The notes under the pieces: model-generated
Database searches by the model: none
What the model was told of the DNA's origin: nothing
The model's input: the letters and a program-made list of their open reading frames with translations, nothing else
Position numbers and translations under genes: made by a program
Shown: positions 49,605-62,257 of the stretch, one piece after another
Position numbering within the stretch: position 1 is the first letter of the stretch
Layout of the letters: each line of letters starts with the position of its first letter
Assembly: GCA_009103225.1 (NCBI GenBank)
Contig: RHPI01003614.1
Coordinates: forward strand, 1-64,000
DNA length: 64,000 bases
Direction: 5' to 3'
Source: Chlorokybus atmophyticus
Taxonomy: Eukaryota; Plantae; Mesostigma and Chlorokybus algae

Positions 49605-52600
49605 GCGTGTGCTGCGGGCGGGGCGAGGGTGCTTGATGCGCGCAAAGCCAGCTATATAAGGAAGGTGACAGGGCGCGCAGTTCACCATGTTGTCTTTCAA
49701 CCTCTCTCCGTTTTTACCGAGGAGGTCCAGCACCCCTGTGGGGTACACCTTGAGTACCTTGCAGACTGTGCGGCCCACGGAGGTGTCGAGCGTGTCCTTG
49801 GTGGTTGCCATGCGGTAAGTAAAGTCCCCTGCTTGAAACCGCCATTGACGCTCCTTGTAGAAGCCGCTGCGCACGCGCTCGTAGCGCAGAGTGTCGCGAT
49901 GCTGTGCGATGCGTAGGTTGTTTAAGGCCATAGGGACGGTGCGCTCAAACAGCGCGGCGCGTGTGGTGATGTTCAGATGCATCCAGTCGGGATCGTCGAG
50001 GTTGTTCACCGCACGATCTACTTCTTGCTGTGCACAAAAGGGAAGCAATGGCGGACGACCGAACAGCAGGTAGTATGGGCTGTGCTCGCGCAGAGCCGCC
50101 TGCTTTAACAGTCGGTATCTAAGGACCACCCACGGAAGGTGGTTGTCCCAGGTGTTCTTCTTATACTTCGGCACGTACTTGCGGAGTGCCTTCTTGATGG
50201 TCTGCACTGTACGCTCTGCGAGACCGTCAGCTTTGGGGTGGTCACGTGAGGTGCGGCGATGATGGATGTAGCATTTGTCCAACAGGGTGTCGAACTCCCC
50301 TCTAAGCTCAGTGCCTTAGTGATGACCTCAGCGCAGCTGCCGAACCGACTGAGGACATGAGAGAGGAAGGCTTGAGACACCCCCCTGCTGCTTTTGTTGG
50401 GTAATGGCACCAGCTCCACCCATTTGAAAAAGTGCTCAATCATGACCAGGATGTAACGGTTGCCACGTGCCGAGGGTGCCAACTCCCAAGATGTTGAGTC
50501 CCCAGCGCTAGAAAAGACCAGAGATGGGGAGAGGGTGCAAGGTGGCGCTGCGTGTGTTGAGGCTGGCGCGTACCATGTCATACTGTTGGCAGTGACTGAC
50601 GTACCCCTGCACCTGATTGGACAACCCATACCACCAATATTCCGCCCTTACCAGGCTGACTGTACGCTTGATAGCGAAGTGTCCAAGCTCAGTGTAGAGG
50701 GCAGTGATGATGCCCTCATGAGTGGCTGGTGTCGGCACCTCCTTATCTCCGTCATGGAAGCAGCGATATAGCTTGTCATCTGCCCACCGATGGTGGCGGG
50801 TGCGTTAGTTGACAAGACGTCTCTCTCGTGCACTCATGCCGGAGGGAAGCTGGCCACTTTGAAGGAAGGAGAGTGATGGCTTGTCTAGCCATATGTCCTG
50901 CCTGGTGTCAGTGGGTGCCAGCTCGGTGTCATCGACTTCAATGTCGACCGCGTGGGCGTCTTGTAGGGGTGCGGTCACTATGGGGCCGGTAGACTCAAGG
51001 GCAGGAATCACCTCCGCCGTTGATGTGGCAGTGGTGTTGATCTTGCGCCCTAAAGCGCAACGCGGCAACAGCAAACATGGCTGCCACAGTGGGAGCTGCT
51101 GCTGCAGGGCCGAGCTCATTCCGAGCTCCAGTTGCATCATTGATGCTGAGGTGAAGGTTACGACTGAGGCCATCGGCGTCTTGGTTACTGAGGCCGGCGC
51201 GGTGATTGATCTCAATGTCATACTTCTGCAACAACAAGGCCCAGCGAGCGAGTTTCCTTATTAGATGTTGGTTGATCATCAACCACTTGAGTGGCTGATG
51301 ATGGGTAAGCAGCTGAAAATGTCGATTGAAGAGGAAAGGTCCGCAGAAAGAGGTAGCCCATACTGCAACGAGGCACTCCCCCTCGTAGCTGCTGTGGTTG
51401 GCCTCGGCGCTGTTGTTGCTTCGGCTGGCGTGTGACACCACCCGCTCCTTCTTGTTCTCATCGTGCTGCACCAGCACAGCCCCATCCCGAGCTGGCTCCA
51501 GTCGGTGTGGAGGATGGAGGGCTTGGTGTAGTCAGGGCGTTTAAAAATGGGGGCTATGGTGAGCCTGCCCTTCAGCTCCTCAAACGCCTGCTGCTGTGGC
51601 TCCTTCCACGCAAACTCCACTTCCTTCTTCAGGAGCTCGTTGAGGGGCCGCGCAATTTTTGTGAAGTCCTTTACAAACCGGCGATAGTAGTTGGCAAGGC
51701 CTAGGAAGGCGCGCATGCGCATAAGCCCGTTGGAGCAGGGATAGATGCCATGGCCTCCATCTTTGCCTGCTGTGCGTACACACCGTGGGACACAATCATG
51801 TGCCTTAGGTAGGGTACCTTGTGAGTGAAGAAAGTGCACTTGCCGGGGTGCACAGTCATCCCCACCCCCTTGAGTCTCTCTTGCACCTCCTCAATGTGCT
51901 GTAGGTGCTCTGTGTTTCTGCGGCTGAAGATGAGAATGTTGTCAATGTAGCATCGCATATTCCAGCCCCTTCCAGACTTTGTCCATGACGCACTGAAACA
52001 TGGCAGGAGCATTCTTCAGTCTGATGGGCATGACCTTCCACTGGTACAGCTGCCGGATGCCCCAGAAAGAGGTCTTGTGCTTATCCTTCTTCTTGATGGC
52101 AATCTGGTTATACCCTTGGCGCATGTCCAGGATGCTGAAGATGATACAGTCTCCTACATCATCAAAGATTCCTTCTGCAGTAGGCATACAATACCTATCT
52201 TGCTTGGTCTTGTAGTTGAGGGGGCGGTAGTTGCCGCACATACGCCGGGCTGTCCAGCTGCCTGCTGAATCCTTCTTCAGGGGCATGACGGTCAAAAGTC
52301 CGATGTGGACTCCTCATCCAGGCCTGCATCTAGCAGAGCCTTGCACCTCTGCTCCACCAAGTCTTCTTCCAACTTAAAGAGTCGGTACTGTTGTCGGAAC
52401 ACCGGTTTAGTGTCCACCAAGTTGATGTCCATTTGGTAAACTGAGCAGACGCCCAGTTCCTTCACGCTGAAGTTAAACTGACTCCTCCACTTGTTGAGGA
52501 GAGCCTCGAGTTGACCTCGCGTCTGGCCTGTAGCTAGTGGTCCAATGGCATGGGGCCAAGAGGTAGCGCTGGCGACTACAAAAATGTCCTCCTTAGTGAC

Positions 52601-52720
52601 TGCTGCCTGCTCCTTCATATGGGCGATTTCGCGAGCGGTGTGTGCCGCTTTGATATCTCGCACGCGATCAGCTCACCCCTTTGCTAGGTGTTTGAGCGCC
52701 TGAAAGTACACGTGGCGGTC

Positions 52721-53700
52721 TTAGAGAGCAAAGCATATCTCCAATAACCACACCATGCTGTTTTGGTCCATAGCGCGTCCCAACAACTGATATTGCCGAG
52801 TGTCAGTAAGCATGAAAACTGTGATACTGCCTGGAGAGCATCCCATAGCGCGTTCGCGTTCTCGTTTGTTGGGTTCTTTCAGTCGGCATGTATTGGCATC
52901 CAACACCATGCCTTCGCCTTGGTTGCAAAAGGCGTATGATCCTTGGTATGACACTAAAGTGGGGAGCGCACGACGTGGTTGACCAGGCCGGTTCGTTGGT
53001 AGAAGTGGTGGTGATCGTGTCGCGGGACTGGTTGTGCTGTGCGCCGAGGGTCGAGGATAGCTTTAACGGTGACATCGCATGGACGACTGCTGTGCAGATA
53101 TTCAGCATCAAAAAGATTCTCGACTGTAGCTAGGTTGGTCCACTTGGCGCGGACGCGATGAGCACGGGAGCCATGACGCGCTGCGTTGATTTTGAGAAAA
53201 TGCCCCAGTAAAGAACACACCTATCGAAAGCTGTTGTCCACGTGATAGCGCTTATCGTCCTCGGAGTGCACATTCTCAATGATGTATCATAGAGGCCTGG
53301 ACAGCTGGTTGCTCTGCAGAGTTTTGATGACGCGCCTCGGTTCCTAGAACATTCGCGAGCGAGGATCAGCGTGTCCTTGGCCTCTGCCTGCTTTGGAGTG
53401 TTCTTGACACTCTAGTCCTTGTATTAGCAGGTCAATGTTGCTCACCGCCAGGAGGTGATCCGCACTAATTAAACGAATATCCTGTGGCAGTGCCTTCAGG
53501 CTGCCTTGCAGCACCGATAGCGGCAGCTGCTGCGGGTACTATTGGTGTAGTTGGCGCAAGTGGTGGTTTAGGGCAATTTGTGCGTGTGGATCAGGGTTAC
53601 AGTAGAGGTACTTGGTGACTGTCGTGCCGGTGTTGAGGACAGCGGCGAGGCCACTACCTATACCTCTAAATAGTTCTAACACGGTGATGCCTTGTCGTTG
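52721..53700 (-). pseudogene. C5-cytosine methyltransferase domain embedded in Gypsy pol between protease and RT
   Basis: Motif I VLELFRGIGSG (53650-53682), IV IDLLIQGLECQEHSKAG..DPRS (Cys 53407-53409), VI YIIENV (ENV 53269-53277), VIII AARHGSRAHRVRAKWTN, IX/X EPNKRERERAMG...LLGRAMD. Four in-frame stops between 53540 and 53221. Confidence 0.88.
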
Positions 53701-55956
53701 ACGAAACACGTGAAACTCCACTACTCCAATGGCCAATTGGTGTTGCTCCTGGCCGCAGCTTGGTCCTCGTAGAGAGGGAACCGTGCAGTGAGCCGTGGTT
53801 TGGTCAGCAGTAGATGTGCGACCACCTGTGCGCGCCAGTGGCATTCAAATGGTTTCAGGTGGGCCACTTTTTGAGTGGCATCTTTCTGAGACTCGTTGTG
53901 TTGTATAGGAGAGTCTTGATCCGCATTGTGGGTGACCACCGCAGATGATCTGTCAGTGGTTGTCGAACCCTGCCTGTGGTGGGCTGTCGCAACCGACCTG
54001 TTAGTGGTTGCCGACAACGACCTGCAGGTGGCTGTTGCAGCTGACCTTTGTTGAGAGCGAGTGCGAGCCACCAGCTCAAGAGGCAGATGTCCTTGAACCT
54101 CTCCATCCTCCCCATCTCAATGGGGACGAAACCATGCCTTTTCTATCCAGCAGTCCAGCCCCATGCCAACAGGGAAGTTGATGTCCTGTCCCAGCAGCAG
54201 GTCGAAGGATCCTGCATCGATGACCACACACTTCTGTATGACCTCGGTGCTGTGGGAAGGGTCCAACCCTGTCAAGCGAATGCAGATGGCCTGCTTGGTG
54301 ATGCCAATCACCTTGTCACGGCTGCTGTTCGCTGTGCCAAGCACGTATGGGCAAGGCATCAGCTTAGCGCTGGTGATGCCAAGGTCGCGTGCGAGGTAAC
54401 GTCCAATGATGACAGTCTAGGCTAAAGAGTCCGGCATCACGCGCTTGGGAGCTCGTCCATTAAAGGTGATTTGCTTGCCTTTGTTGGCGATCATAGCGCT
54501 GGTATGGATGCGCAGACGCTTGAATCGTTGATAGCATGGGGTGACTGCTGCTGCAGTCTCCTCCGATGGTATCGAGCGAAGTGCGGCAAGCGCCCCTCGA
54601 TCAGATGGATCTTCAGAACCTTCTTGTCCGCGGCCTGGCCCGAACCGTCCTTGTCTTGGCTGTTGGTATACCCGCTACGGCCTGGGTGCTGGCGGTGCTG
54701 CCTGTGGCTGTCCTGGTTGTGGCGCAGGGGGATTGCGCCTCTGTGTGGTCGGGGTCATACCTGGTGGCGTAGCCAATGGCTGATGTTGGGGAAACCCTGC
54801 AGGACTGGGTGTTTGTGGGCCCGCCTCTCGCGCAGCCTGTTTTTTTAAACAAGTGCAGCGTACAGCATGAGCTGCCTCCCTGACCAATGTACCTTCCCAT
54901 ATGGCCTTTCGATTGTTGACCACGTCACTACAGCGGTGATTCTAAGGCATGGGCTGGAGATACACTGCGCGCATGAGCCGCGCTCTTATGTCGTGGGTGA
55001 TGGTGGGAACCCTTAAGATCCCTGCCATGTAGGCATCCCATCTACCATTGACCACCCCCACTTCTAGCTCCGTTGTTGCTCGTGCCCTTGCAATGAGGTA
55101 AATCTCTGGCTGTTGGACATGCTGCTCATAAGCAGCTGCGATGCGTCTGCGTTGTCGCGCTGCTTCCACCCCTGGCAACCTCAGTATGGTCTTGTGAGCT
55201 CCTTCTAAGGTGTCAGTGGCTGCCGAGGCAACCTCGTCGTAGGCTTGCCGTAGCGAGCGAAAAAAAGCGTCCAACCATAACAATTCGGTGCTGAATGCGA
55301 ATAGAGGGACTACGGGGTGATTGGTGACCAGCCAAGTCACTAGTCTTGCTCTAGCTGCATTGCCACCTTCTCGCATCCCCATCATTTGTCTCAGGCCTAT
55401 TGAGTTTTGGACACTACTGATCATGCATGAAGTTGGTGCAAGCACAAGCACACACACTCTACCAAAGCATGCACACAAGGCTGATCCAAAAAGGCTTTCT
55501 AAGGATTACAACAAAGTCACACTGCGGGCTTTTATACCCGCCACTTCTGCACCTGTCTACTCCAAAAATCACTACGACTTTTACACTCAACCGAGTTTTG
55601 CGCTCTAAGTTGCAACACGTAGCTACTTTTAAGAGCTTTCCAACAAGCTATAACACGCGCCATACAATGATGTAATCATCGAGCTACAACGTTTCTTCTA
55701 CAGTGCCTGGAAGTCTCAAGACTCCGGACTCGACTCCGCGCCTGGAACCTTCTCGACTGAAGTCCTCGCCTGGACCTTAACCTTTCTTGACTGGCACTTT
55801 CTCGCGCCTGAATCTTCTCGCGGCTATTGTTATCCACAGGGCAAGCTGACTGGATACGGATAAGAATATCCTCAACAAGGCCGATGCCTTCTTGTCGATG
55901 TAGCATGGTTGCTTGTCGCAACAGGGCAGGTGGCAGAGGCAATGGAGGTCACAAGC

Positions 55957-57364
55957 ATGGACGGCATGAAGTTCACGATTGACCCACTGGACGTTAACAA
56001 TTACAACATTAAAAATTTTGAAGATGGAGCTGCTACTGACCCACAAGGAGTTGTGGAAGTATGTAGACCCGGCGGAGACAGTCCTTATAGGTGAGGCGAG
56101 TATTTAGATTGCGCAAGGGAAGAAGGCACTGTCGCTGATTGGCTTGCACATGGCGGATCATCACCTAGTGCTGGTGAAGGAGTGCAAAAGTACAAGGGAG
56201 CATTAGACGAAGTTGGAGAGCCACTTCAAGGCGCGCAACATGGCAAGGAGGTTGCAGTTGCGGTAAGAGCTCAACTCGTTGTGGAAGGAGAGCGGAGAGC
56301 CTATTACCAAGTTCATTGCGCGAGCAAAGGCGTTGTGAAGGACTTGCTGGGCGTCGGCCACGAACTCAAGGAAGTTGAGGTAGTGTGGGTTGTGCTTTCG
56401 GGATTGCCTAAGGAGTATAAAGTGGTGGTCACTATCTTGGAGTCCGGGACAGAGGACTTGTCGCTAGATGGAGTGACACCCAGGCTTCTTCAAGAGGAGC
56501 AGCGCTTGAGGAAGGAGGATGATGATGGAGAAGGAGCACTTTGGCATTCACGTTATCATTGAAGCATCATGTGAGGAAGGGCATTCGAGGCATCAATGTG
56601 GAGTGTTGGCACAACAAGGAGCGTGCTTACATCAATATGAAGTGTCCCAAGTTGAAGAAGGCTAATAGTGAGCACCGAGCGGTTGCTTTCTATGCATTGG
56701 ATGAGGGAGCAGAGTATCCAGAGTGGGTGCTGGACACGGGAGCGAACAAGCATCTCATAAGCAATAGGAGCAAGCTCGCCAACCTCACTCCTTATACTGA
56801 GCCTGTCACGGTGGACTTTGGGAACAGGAAGATGCTGAATGCTGTTGCAAAGGGCGACGTAAACTTGAGGTGCAAGGTTGGTAGTGCCGTGAGAGACGTT
56901 GTGCTTAGAGATGTACTGTATGTGCCAGGTGCATCTGCTAGCTTGTTCTCAGTACGTGTAGCCACGAGGGTTGGTGCTAGGGCTGTGTGTTTGATGCGGA
57001 CAAGGGTAGTATAGTCCTTGGGGACGTCACACATGTGGTAGGCATCAACAAGGGTGGGCTCTACTACGTTAAAGAGGAGGACATCGCACACAAGGTTGTC
57101 GCAAAGACAAGGGTGATTCAGAAAGAGTTCAAGACACCACAAGGTTTGAGCAACAAGGAGGCACTGAAGGTTGCTATGAAGCGGACAAGCTCGGAGCCCG
57201 TGGTAGCTGAAAAAAGTTACAAGCGAGTAGTGGAGAGCAAGGTGGCTAAGGAAGAGCCAAGGGCCATCAGAGCTAGAGTTGCTGTCTCAGGAGGACAGGT
57301 GCAACAGGCGCAGGTCGACAAGGAGCAAGTGCAGCATGGGAGCAAGATGCGAGAGGACATCTAA
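55957..57364 (+). mobile_element. Copia-derived gag + protease remnant lacking integrase and RT
   Basis: FTIDPLDVNNY, UBN2-type gag VLSGLPKEYKVVVTILE, protease WVLDTGANKHL, LRDVLYVPG. An unrelated Lys/Glu-rich tail follows, then a PPT. Confidence 0.75.
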
Positions 57365-57539
57365 AAGGCTCAAGTTGCTGTGGAGGACACATCTTGAAAG
57401 GATAATCGGTTCCAGGCGCTCATGGAAAGCATGGAAGAGCTGGAGGAAGAGAAGGTCAAAGGCTTTGTCGCAATCGTACGCAAGAAGAGAGGCAAGGCTA
57501 GCATAAGAGCTAGCGGTGCATGAGTTTTAAGGGGAGAAG

Positions 57540-57748
57540 TGTTGAAGGCCAAGCTGCCCACGTGGGAATCTTAATATAATATGGTTCACTGTGCTTGTGC
57601 TTAAGTCTGGTGGCGGCGGAAGCCTGAGCCTGGGCGTGGTCTTGACTGGTCTGGTCTGGCGTGGTCTACTCTGATCGTTTTTTGCTTGCACAGACGGTTT
57701 GAGGGTGTTGTGTTGTGTGTTTACGCCTAGGAAGCTTGCATCGTAACA
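57540..57748 (+). repeat. 209-bp LTR (TG...CA) preceded by a PPT and followed by a PBS
   Basis: PPT AAGGGGAGAAG 57529-57539; LTR TGTTGAAGG...CGTAACA; PBS GGTTATGGGCCCA 57749-57761. Confidence 0.8.
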
Positions 57749-57761
57749 GGTTATGGGCCCA
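57749..57761 (+). promoter_or_regulatory. Primer-binding site GGTTATGGGCCCA (half-tRNA-iMet type)
   Basis: Immediately after the LTR CA end; same motif as the Drosophila copia/hemivirus PBS. Confidence 0.8.
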
Positions 57762-60700
57762 CATACGCTGCGGTAAGAGCTTGTCTAGACATCTTGGCGG
57801 AAGTGTGCACTTTGGTAGCAAGGGTTATTCTGAGTCTGCCGTTTGGGGCTAGACTGTGGAGGTCTGGGAGCATGATCTGCTGTTCTGTCGCTTAAACGGC
57901 CTATTCTCAGCAGCGGGGTGTGCTATGACGACCAGCTACGACAAGGTGGTGATTGAGCCGTTGGGAGATGACAACTACAACGCATGGAGCAGCCGCATGA
58001 AGTGGTTGTTCGAGCACAAGAGCTTGTGGGACTTCGTGAACCCGGAGGAGGCTGATCCCCTACCCACCAGCCGGAGCGCTGTCTGAAAGCAAAACTCCAT
58101 GAAAGCACTTGCATTCATCGGTTTGACCGTGAGAGAGGCATGGGAGAAGTTGTCTGATTTTTTCAAGGCTAAGAACAATGCCAGGCGTGTCCACCTTAGG
58201 CGTAACCTAAATGCTTTGAGGAAAGACTCAAGTGAGCCTGACACCAAGTACGTTGCAAGGGCAAGAGAGCTTTGAAAGGAATCTTTTAGGCGTGGGCTGC
58301 CAGCTGCAGGAAGCTGAGCTTGTTTGAGCTACACTTTCTGGTCTTCCCGACGTGCAAGAGTTTGACACCTTGATTACGGTGTTGGAAGGTCTTGACACTA
58401 ATCCCACGTAGGATGAGGTGATGCGAAGGCTACTTCAAGTTGAGCAAAGGCTCAAGAAGAAGGAGGGTGCTTAAGATGCAATCGCTTTTGCTGCTTCCAA
58501 GCGTCGTTATAGCTGCAGACCCATGACAGGCGCTAATTCTTTGGGCCAGAGCGGTTCTTCAGGCCAGGGCGGTGAAAAGAAGAAGAAACGCAAGTGCAGC
58601 TACTGTGGCAAGCTTGGGCATGATGTGGAGAAGTGTTGGAAGAAGCATGGCATGCCAGGAGAGGGGGAAAACAAGGAAAAACCCGTGGCCTTCACTACAA
58701 GTGCTTCAATCCCTGTCCACACCTGGGCTTTAAACTCAAGGGCTATTTCTCACATGACTGCAGACAGATCTGCCTTTTGTCACCTTCCAGACCCTCAACA
58801 AGCCCATGTCCGTGGGGTGCGCAATGAAGGAAGCGTGATGGCTGCTACTAGTCAGGGCAATGTCATCCTTGACTGCCAAGTTGAGGGGTCAACAAGGCAA
58901 GTGCAGCTCAAGGATGTTCTTTTTGTGCCTTAGGTTGCTGCAAGTCTTTTCTCATCAAGGCTGCTGCTCGTGCTGGTGCTAAGATTGAGTTTGAGGGAGA
59001 TAAGGGCTGCATATTGCTTGGTGCCGTGAAGCACCTTAAGGCTTTCAGTTAGGGAGGAGGTTTATACCTTGTTTCGGGGAAGACTTCAGTCTAGACTTCA
59101 ATCCAAGCACTTGTTGCAGCATCCTTGCAGTCTGCTCAGCTTTGGCATAGGGGGTTTGGGCATTTGGGTTCTAAAAATCTAGCGCGCTTGGTGAAGGAAG
59201 ACATGGTGGAAGGAATTAACCTCAGTTCTGAAGACTTTTAGGTTGAGAAAGATGTCCTATGCAGTCTTTGTGTCCTAAGAAAGCGGACCAGACTGCCTTT
59301 CCTACCTCTTCTCACGTGAGTACACGTTGCTTGGAGCTGATCCATACGGATGTGTGCGGTCTCATGCCGGTGACATCCAATGGCGGGAGCTTCAAGCACT
59401 TTCTTGGATGACTTCAGCAAATTGTCCGTGGTCGTGCCATTAACCTTGAAGTCAGATGTGGCTATGACAATTCTAGAGTTTCTTGAGCTTGTAGAGACCC
59501 AGACAGGTCTGAAGGTTGCTGCAGTGCCCTCAGACCGTGGTGGAGAGTTTGTCAACACTCAGCTGAAGGACTATTATGCCAAGAGGGGGATTATGCATGA
59601 GACTACATCACCATACACTCCGGAGCAGAACGGGACGGCGGAGAGGCTTGACGGCACGCTCTTGGAGAAGGTTCGGGCCATGCTGTCTGATGCCAACCTG
59701 GAGGACTGCACGTGGACGAACGCATTGTTGGCTGCAAACTTTATGCGCAACCGTTCCCCCGTGCCATCTGACGCCAAGATTTCGTGGGAGCTCTTCACGG
59801 GCGCAAGGCATGATGTGAGCATGGTGAGGGTCTTTGGTTCTAGTGCCTTTGTCCACGTACCCAAGCAGCAACGACACAAGTTGGCCAAAGTTAGCCGGCG
59901 CGGCGTGTTCGTGGGGTACGAGACTGGTTTTAAGGCATTGAGGGTCTTGCTGGTTGAGACCAAGAAGGTTGTGGTGAGTTGTAATGTGACTTTTGCTGAG
60001 GGAGGAGTAGGAGCTGGAGTTTTAAGCGTTAACAACACCCTAGTTGGCGCTGAGCCTTCAGAACCAAGTCCAAACCAGGTTCCTGGCAGTGTTTCAGACC
60101 AGGTCTTAAGGTCTCCAGGCCAGTCTTTTTCAGCTCAAGGCAACAAAAGCACTTCAGCTCCTGTCACCACTGAAAACCAACACCAGCACCATGAGTCTCA
60201 AGAGCAGGGGAGGAGGTATCCCTTGCGTGAGAGGTGGGAGCCGAAGAGATTGATCAACCAAGCCATGGCTGCATCAGAGGCACTTGGAGGCTTAAAGGAG
60301 CCTAGCATCTATGAGGAGGCGCTTGCAGGTGCTGATGCAGATCTTTTGGAGAAGACAATGGATGAGGAGATTGCTTCTCTACTAGCCAACTAGACCTGGA
60401 GGCTTGAGACTGTCCCGGCTGACATTAGACCCTTCCCGGTCAAGTGGGTCCACAAGATCAAGAAGGATGGGCAAGGCAACATTGAGCGCTACAAGGCGAG
60501 GCTCGTTGCGAAGGGCTTTCTCCAGCATGAGGGCATTGACTTCAATGAGGTCTTTACTCCAGCTAGCAAGCACACAACCTTTCGCACCATGCTGGCTTTG
60601 GTGGTTGCTCAAGACCTGGAACTGCACCATCTTGTTGTTAAAACCGCATTCCTCTACGGCGAGCTTGAAGAGGACATCTTTGTGCAACAACCCAAGGGCT

Positions 60701-60972
60701 ACCATGAGGGAGGTCCACATGTGGCATGCAAGCTTGTGAAGGCCTTGTATGGTCTTCAGCAGGCTCCAAGGGTTTGGCACCTCTGCTTAAGCATTGTGTT
60801 AACCAGTGCTATACACAATGTCACCATAGCCCTAAAGAGATGCCTCGTGGTCCATCTGTAGGTGCACCTCGTCGTGGAGGTTGGCGCCAGTTGTCCGGAG
60901 CACGGTTTACGAAGGTGAGAGAGAGGAAGTGTGAGCGTTTACACCTCTACTTTGTAAGCGTAGTGTAGTGTA

Positions 60973-62250
60973 TTGGTGGAAATGGAGGATGTCCGTGTTG
61001 AGGAGCTTCAAGGTGCAATCCTAGCACTGCGAGAAGAGCTTCATCACACGCAAGCGGCTGCACAAGCACAATGCGAGGCGTACGAGGTGTGCAATGGCGC
61101 ACGCACAAGTTCCCATGGTATCGAGCTCGCGCGTGCATGTGAAGGTGCCAAAGCCATTCAAGGGTCAACGTGATGGAGATGCAGTAGACGAACAATTTTT
61201 CAAGTATCATCTTGGTTGAAGCTTATGGAGGTGCCCACGCATCTGCACGTGAAGGTTGCGACATTGCTTGAAGGTGCAGCACTTGTATGGTGGAGACATC
61301 GTTGTACGCGTGTTGCAAGTGAGTTGGCGCTACCATTAACCACCATGGAAGAGATGGCTCTGGAGATCAGGCATCAAATTGTTCCCGTGAAGAATGCGAA
61401 GGCCGCACGCGATAAATTGCAGCCCTTGTGCAAACGGAGTAGGTGACGGCGTACACGGCTACGTTGCAGCGTTTGGTGATGTCCCATACCTAACATGACC
61501 GAGGAAGAGCAGTTGGACAGGTACACACGTGGTTTGAAACCTTTGGGACGCAAAGAAGTGGAGCTACGGATTCCTAAACCATTGGCGGAAGCTATACGCA
61601 TCGCGGAGCGTTTCGACGCGTTGTACTTCAAGTCTTCTGCAACAAACGCGGACTGGAGGCATGGAAGCAAGCAAGAACGTGGTGATCAGCATAGCGGAAG
61701 CTTTCAACATGCATGGACACGAAGGGAGCCAAGTTCACAACTTGCAAAGGAAGGTGGAGCTGATTTTGGACTATTACCAATGGAGGTGGGTGCCGTACAC
61801 ACGCATAACGGCGTGGCGAAGCACAGTGGACGTGGTGAGGCAGTTAGCAGCGTGCGCAAGTGTTACGTGTGCGCTTCGATAGAACATTTGACATTCAATT
61901 GCTCAAAGCGGCGCACGCAAACGTCTGCATTAGCTGGCAAGACACATCGCGCACGATGCATCAGCGCAATGAAGGAAGATGGCGTGGAGGATCTGGGAAA
62001 CGACTCCCCCCAGCAGGTACGGAGGCTATTGGGGGTGTCACAGGAGGTGGCTATGAACACGCCTATGGTGGTAACTTATACAAGCGAGGAGGCAACGAAG
62101 TACGTTGGGCTTCTAGCACGCATTTGCAATGACCGAGGACAATGGAGGGAGTGCAACCTTATGGTTGATAGTGGAGCAAACAGCAACTTCATGACTGAGG
62201 AGGTTGCACGGCGCTACGGTTGGCTTTCACCTTACGAGGAGGAGAAGTGA
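60973..62250 (+). mobile_element. Ty3/Gypsy gag + aspartic protease remnant
   Basis: LLEGAALVWW, MTEEEQLDRYTRGLKP, PMEVG, CYVCASIEHLTFNC knuckle, LMVDSGANSNF. Confidence 0.8.
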
Positions 62251-62257
62251 AACTTGC

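Larger units (their letters stand above)
49162..55478 (-). mobile_element. Degenerate Ty3/Gypsy LTR retrotransposon: gag-protease-DNMT-RT-RNaseH-integrase-PHD
   Basis: Protease region (DSLA..., FDLLLG, 54117-54450). RT: RMCGNYRPLN, ILDMRQGYNQI, VMPIRLKNAPAMFQ, YIDNILIFS. RNase H: ILHTDWS, SYEGECL. Integrase: GHF..YWW, HPKADGLAERTVQTIK. Many stops and frameshifts. Confidence 0.9.
57540..60787 (+). mobile_element. Ty1/Copia retrotransposon, degenerate and truncated within RT
   Basis: Gag from 57925 (IEPLGDDNYNAW), CCHC CSYCGKLGHDVEKC, WH.GFGHLG, integrase [59 protein letters not shown]. The RT ends abruptly near 60787. Confidence 0.9.

Noticed and set aside
60882-60899. TGGCGCCAGTTGTCCGGA as a Gypsy PBS
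   Set aside because: It resembles a tRNA-Asp-type PBS but is not preceded by an LTR CA end, and the match is imperfect.
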